64,000 nt of DNA, from NCBI GenBank assembly GCA_964016885.1, contig OZ024751.1, forward strand, positions 43,834,001 through 43,898,000, read 5' to 3'. The DNA comes from Eledone cirrhosa. Taxonomy: Eukaryota. The translations under genes were made by a program, and so were the position numbers. Positions 28,335-64,000 of this stretch are shown piece by piece. A model generated the notes under the pieces. The model was not told the DNA's origin, searched no databases, and saw only the letters and a program-made list of their open reading frames with translations. Numbering within the stretch: position 1 is the stretch's first letter; every line of letters starts with the position of its first letter.

Positions 28335-31300
28335 GTACCCTTAGCAACTTTACCACCAGCAATAGTACTGCAACAGTACCATCAGCAATAGTACTACAAT
28401 AGTACCCTTAACAACAGTACCCATAGCCACTTTACCATCAGCAATAGTGCTGCAATAGTTATCCTTAACAATAGTACCCTTAACAACAGTATCCATAGCA
28501 ACTTTACCATCAGCAATAGTGCTGCAATAGTTATCCTTAACAATAGTACCCTTAACAATAGTACCCTTAACAACAGTATCCATAGCAACTTTACCATCAG
28601 CAATAGTGCTGCAATAGTTATCCTTAACAATAGTACCCTTAACAACAGTATCCATAGCAACTTTACCATCAGCAATAGTGCTGCAATAGTTATCCTTAAC
28701 AATAGTACCCTTAACAACAGTATCCATAGCAACTTTACCATCAGCAATAGTGCTGCAATAGTTATCCTTAACAATAGTACCCTTAACAACAGTATCCATA
28801 GCAACTTTACCATCAGCAATAGTGCTGCAATAGTTATCCTTAACAATAGTACCCTTAACAACAGTATCCATAGCCACTTTACCATCAGCAATAGTGCTGC
28901 AATAGTTATCCTTAACAATAGTACCCTTAACAACAGTATCCATAGCAACTTTACCATCAGCAATAGTGCTGCAATAGTTATCCTTAACAATAGTACCCTT
29001 AACAACAGTATCCATAGCAACTTTACCATCAGCAATAGTACTACAATAGTACCCTTAACAACAGTATCCATAGCCACTTTACCATCAGCAATAGTGCTGC
29101 AATAGTTATCCTTAACAATAGTACCCTTAACAACAGTATCCATAGCAACTTTACCATCAGCAATAGTGCTGCAATAGTACCCTTAACAACAGTATCCATA
29201 GCAACTTTACCATCAGCAATAGTGCTGCAATAGTTATCCTTAACAATAGTACCCTTAACAACAGTATCCATAGCAACTTTACCATCAGCAATAGTACTAC
29301 AATAGTACCCTTAACAACAGTATCCATAGCAACTTTACCATCAGCAATAGTGCTGCAATAGTTATCCTTAACAATAGTACCCTTAACAACAGTATCCATA
29401 GCAACTTTACCATCAGCAATAGTGCTGCAATAGTTATCCTTAACAATAGTACCCTTAACAACAGTATCCATAGCAACTTTACCATCAGCAATAGTGTTGC
29501 AATAGTTATCCTTAACAATAGTACCCTTAACAACAGTATCCATAGCAACTTTACCATCAGCAATAGTGCTGCAATAGTTATCCTTAACAATAGTACCCTT
29601 AACAACAGTATCCATAGCAACTTTACCATCAGCAATAGTGCTGCAATAGTTATCCTTAACAATAGTACCCTTAACAACAGTATCCATAGCAACTTTACCA
29701 TCAGCAATAGTGCTGCAATAGTTATCCTTAACAATAGTACCCTTAACAACAGTATCCATAGCAACTTTACCATCAGCAATAGTACTACAATAGTACCCTT
29801 AACAACAGTATCCATAGCAACTTTACCATCAGCAATAGTGCTGCAATAGTTATCCTTAACAATAGTACCCTTAACAACAGTATCCATAGCAACTTTACCA
29901 TCAGCAATAGTGCTGCAATAGTTATCCTTAACAATAGTACCCTTAACAACAGTATCCATAGCAACTTTACCATCAGCAATAGTGTTGCAATAGTTATCCT
30001 TAACAATAGTACCCTTAACAACAGTATCCATAGCAACTTTACCATCAGCAATAGTGCTGCAATAGTTATCCTTAACAATAGTACCCTTAACAACAGTATC
30101 CATAGCAACTTTACCATCAGCAATAGTGCTGCAATAGTTATCCTTAACAATAGTACCCTTAACAACAGTATCCATAGCAACTTTACCATCAGCAATAGTG
30201 CTGCAATAGTTATCCTTAACAATAGTACCCTTAACAACAGTATCCATAGCAACTTTACCATCAGCAATAGTGCTGCAATAGTTATCCTTAACAATAGTAC
30301 CCTTAACAACAGTATCCATAGCAACTTTACCATCAGCAATAGTGCTGCAATAGTTATCCTTAACAATAGTACCCTTAACAACAGTATCCATAGCAATTTT
30401 ACCATCAGCAATAGTGCTGCAATAGTTATCCTTAACAATAGTACCCTTAACAACAGTATCCATAGCAACTTTACCATCAGCAATAGTGCTGCAATAGTTA
30501 TCCTTAACAATAGTACCCTTAACAACAGTATCCATAGCAACTTTACCATCAGCAATAGTGCTGCAATAGTTATCCTTAACAATAGTACCCTTAACAACAG
30601 TATCCATAGCAACTTTACCATCAGCAATAGTGCTGCAATAGTTATCCTTAACAATAGTACCCTTAACAACAGTATCCATAGCAATTTTACCATCAGCAAT
30701 AGTGCTGCAATAGTTATCCTTAACAATAGTACCCTTAACAACAGTATCCATAGCAACTTTACCATCAGCAATAGTGCTGCAATAGTTATCCTTAACAATA
30801 GTACCCTTAACAACAGTATCCATAGCAACTTTACCATCAGCAATAGTGCTGCAATAGTTATCCTTAACAATAGTACCCTTAACAACAGTATCCATAGCAA
30901 CTTTACCATCAGCAATAGTGCTGCAATAGTTATCCTTAACAATAGTACCCTTAACAACAGTATCCATAGCAACTTTACCATCAGCAATAGTGCTGCAATA
31001 GTTATCCTTAACAATAGTACCCTTAACAACAGTACCCTTAACAACAGTATCCATAGCAACTTTACCATCAGCAATAGTGCTGCAATAGTTATCCTTAACA
31101 ATAGTACCCTTAACAACAGTATCCATAGCAACTTTACCATCAGCAATAGTGCTGCAATAGTTATCCTTAACAATAGTACCCTTAACAACAGTATCCATAG
31201 CAACTTTACCATCAGCAATAGTGCTGCAATAGTTATCCTTAACAATAGTACCCTTAACAACAGTATCCATAGCAACTTTACCATCAGCAATAGTGCTGCA

Positions 31301-32062
31301 ATAGTTATCCTTAACAATAGTACCCTTAACAACAGTATCCATAGCAACTTTACCATCAGCAATAGTGCTGCAATAGTATCCTTAACAATAATACCCTTAA
31401 CAACAGTATCCATAGCAACTTTACCATCAGCAATAGTGCTGCAATAGTTATCCTTAACAATAGTACCCTTAACAACAGTATCCATAGCAACTTCACCATC
31501 AGCAATAGTGCTCCAATAGTTATCCTTAACAATAGTACCCTTAACAACAGTATCCATAGCAACTTTACCATCAGCAATAGTGCTGCAATAGTTATCCTTA
31601 ACAATAGTACCCTTAACAACAGTATCCATAGCAACTTTACCATCAGCAATAGTGCTGCAATAGTATCCTTAACAATAGTACCCTTAACAACAGTATCCAT
31701 AGCAACTTTACCATCAGCAATAGTGCTGCAATAGTTATCCTTAACAATAGTACCCTTAACAACAGTATCCATAGCAACTTTACCACCAGCAACAGTACTG
31801 CAACAGTACCATCAGCAATAGTACTACAATAGTACCCTTAACAACAGTATCCATAGCAACTTTACCATCAGCAATAGTGCTGCAATAGTATCCTTAACTT
31901 TACCATCAGCAATAGTGCTGCAATACTATCCTTAACTTTACCATCAGCAATAGTGCTGCAATAGTATCCTTAACTTTACCATCAGCAATAGTGCTGCAAT
32001 AGTATCCTTAACAATAGTACCCTTAACAACACTATCCATAGCAACTTTACCATCAGCAATAG
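28335..32062. repeat. 72-bp minisatellite, ~50 copies
   Basis: Unit built from CAATAGT/CAACAGT subrepeats; 24-aa periodicity in the ORF track. Confidence 0.95.
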
Positions 32063-32638
32063 TCAGATGACCATGTCTATCTCATGGGATTGGTTTTATG
32101 GTTCGATGTCCTTTCTACTACCAACCACTCCACTGTGTACCAGTTATGTTTTATTGTGGCACTGCCACCACCACCTAACGAGTTGCTTTTATCATGATAC
32201 CAGTACTACAACTTTACAGAGTGAACTGGGTGCTTGTGGCACTAACTCATGGAAGCTACCATACAAAAGCACAAAAAAAAAATACACTTGTAAAACAAAA
32301 ATAACAAAAAAGATATAATATAACATTGTTTATTCATATAAAAGTAATACAATAAATAATGGTTTCTGATTTAGACACAAGGCCAACAATCTGGGGGAGG
32401 GAAAAGTCGATTAAATGGGTCCAGTGTATTACTGGTACTTTATTTTATCAAGCACTATAAGGATGAAAGGCAAAGCTAGCCTCAGCGGGATTTGAACTCA
32501 GAACGTAAAGGAGCATAACTAAATGCTGTAAAGCATTTTGTCTGACGCTCTACCGATTCTGCCAATCCAAAGGTAAAGGGACTTAATTCTATGGGTGATA
32601 TAATAAATAATATTAACTGAAGTATTTGTTCAATAGAG

Positions 32639-32860
32639 TTAACCCTTTAGCATTTAAACCAGCCATATCTGGCCAGAATTCTCTCACCTCTTTCTGTTCA
32701 AACTGGCTGTAACTGGCTACTCATACTGATGTTAAGGTATTGTTCACAAAATAAATATCAAAATCTCATAGATTTGATATTGAGATAATTATGTGAGGTA
32801 AAGCCTTTACCATGAAAATATAATAGTAAATATAGAGTAATGTAAATGCTAAAGGGTTAA
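32639..32860. mobile_element. piggyBac-like MITE ~100 bp downstream of the guanylate cyclase stop codon
   Basis: TTAA TSD and CCCTTTAG TIR; homologous to 25698-25916. Confidence 0.75.
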
Positions 32861-32957
32861 TTCTGTTTACACCAAGTTCACGTCACATCAATTATATTGA
32901 GAATGATAAGATATAGCAAAACTACATTATAAAAGCAACCCCTCTCGTTTTACTCTC

Positions 32958-61920
<28,963 letters not shown>

Positions 61921-61964
61921 CTGAAATATATATATATATACATATAGACATATATATATATATA

Positions 61965-62064
61965 TACATGCATGAATATATACATACATACTTACATACT
62001 TATATCCATATACATACGTACATACATACTTATATCCATATACATACGTACATACATACATACA

Positions 62065-62095
<31 letters not shown>

Positions 62096-62227
62096 CTATA
62101 TACTTATATAATACATATTTACATATATATATAAATACATGCATGAATATATACATACATACTTACATACTTATATCCATATACATACGTACATACATAC
62201 TTATATCCATATACATACGTACATACA

Positions 62228-62258
<31 letters not shown>

Positions 62259-62386
62259 CTATATACTTATATAATACATATTTACATATATATATAAATA
62301 CATGCATGAATATATACATACATACTTACATACTTATATCCATATACATACGTACATACATACTTATATCCATATACATACGTACA

Positions 62387-62417
<31 letters not shown>

Positions 62418-62561
62418 CTATATACTTATATAATACATATTTACATATATATATAAATACATGCATGAATATATACATACATACTTACATACTTATATCC
62501 ATATACATACGTACATACATACTTATATCCATATACATACGTACATACATACATACATACA

Positions 62562-62592
<31 letters not shown>

Positions 62593-62720
62593 CTATATAC
62601 TTATATAATACATATTTACATATATATATAAATACATGCATGAATATATACATACATACTTACATACTTACATCCATATACATACGTACATACATACTTA
62701 TATCCATATACATACGTACA

Positions 62721-62751
<31 letters not shown>

Positions 62752-62879
62752 CTATATACTTATATAATACATATATACATATATATATAAATACATGCAT
62801 GAATATATACATACATACTTACATACTTATATCCATATACATACGTACATACATACTTATATCCATATACATACGTACA

Positions 62880-62910
<31 letters not shown>

Positions 62911-63046
62911 CTATATACTTATATAATACATATTTACATATATATATAAATACATGCATGAATATATACATACATACTTACATACTTATATCCATATACA
63001 TACGTACATACATACTTATATCCATATACATACGTACATACATACA

Positions 63047-63077
<31 letters not shown>

Positions 63078-63205
63078 CTATATACTTATATAATACATAT
63101 TTACATATATATATAAATACATGCATGAATATATACATACATACTTACATACTTATATCCATATACATACGTACATACATACTTATATCCATATACATAC
63201 GTACA

Positions 63206-63236
<31 letters not shown>

Positions 63237-63265
63237 CTATATACTTATATAATACATATATACAT
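61965..63265. repeat. Higher-order repeat (~165 bp, 8 copies) built from TACA/TA microsatellite
   Basis: Recurring marker CATGCATGAATATATAC with a variable (TACA)n tract. Confidence 0.9.
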
Positions 63266-63449
63266 CAACCCCCCCCCCCCCCCCCACACACTGCTGATGC
63301 ACCCCCGGCCACCACCACCACCGACCACTATCAGCGCCAACACCACCGCCGCCACCATCCATAATCCCTATTCGTGTTGATGTTCTCTATTAGCTAATTA
63401 GTTTATTAATCTCATTAGATGGCTGGTCATTATATATATATATATATAT

Positions 63450-63584
<135 letters not shown>

Positions 63585-63675
63585 CATATATATATATAAT
63601 ATTTATATATATATATACAGACACACACACACACACATTATATATATATAATATTTATATATATATGTATGTATA

Positions 63676-63729
<54 letters not shown>

Positions 63730-63739
63730 TGTATATATG

Positions 63740-63902
<163 letters not shown>

Positions 63903-64000
63903 AACAAGGGGAGAAGAATACTGCATGGTTGCACATGGATTACATATTATAAAATTAGTCCCTCATCAGTGATTTGCCAACCATCATTGGTATTTCATCG

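Noticed and set aside
28350-31772. Long ORFs (up to 681 aa) of MDTVVKGTIVKDNYCSTIADGKVA or Leu-rich repeats
   Set aside because: By-product of a 72-bp satellite; frames switch at indel units and there is no unique coding sequence or splice context.

Overview
AT-rich, microsatellite-saturated animal genomic DNA. The repeat types (Nin-domain SINEs, RTE LINEs with (ATG)n tails, very large (TA)n/(CA)n tracts) suggest a coleoid cephalopod such as Octopus; this assignment is inference. I assembled three spliced genes by hand. (1) The 5' part of SIRT6 (minus strand, 5 coding exons, running off the left edge). (2) A complete two-exon ZIP1/2/3-type (SLC39) zinc transporter (plus strand, 374 aa). (3) The 3' 17 exons of a receptor guanylate cyclase (minus strand, 32958-61920), including a predicted GC-AG intron. 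There are two 5'-truncated LINEs with uninterrupted ORFs (CR1-type and RTE), relics of CRE-like and Tx1-like elements, many SINEs and MITEs, and five large minisatellite arrays (45, 72, 52, 33 and 15 bp units). The most notable unannotated signal is a dense set of short non-coding fold-back elements embedded in (TA)n tracts. They carry minimal type I hammerhead ribozyme folds from several unrelated sequence families, as in Penelope-like element terminal repeats and retrozymes. Several of these families share a conserved bulged hairpin (ACTC-TAC-loop-GTA-TT-GAGT), and that hairpin has been amplified into the 33-bp satellite. All structures were paired by eye; no folding program or database search was run.
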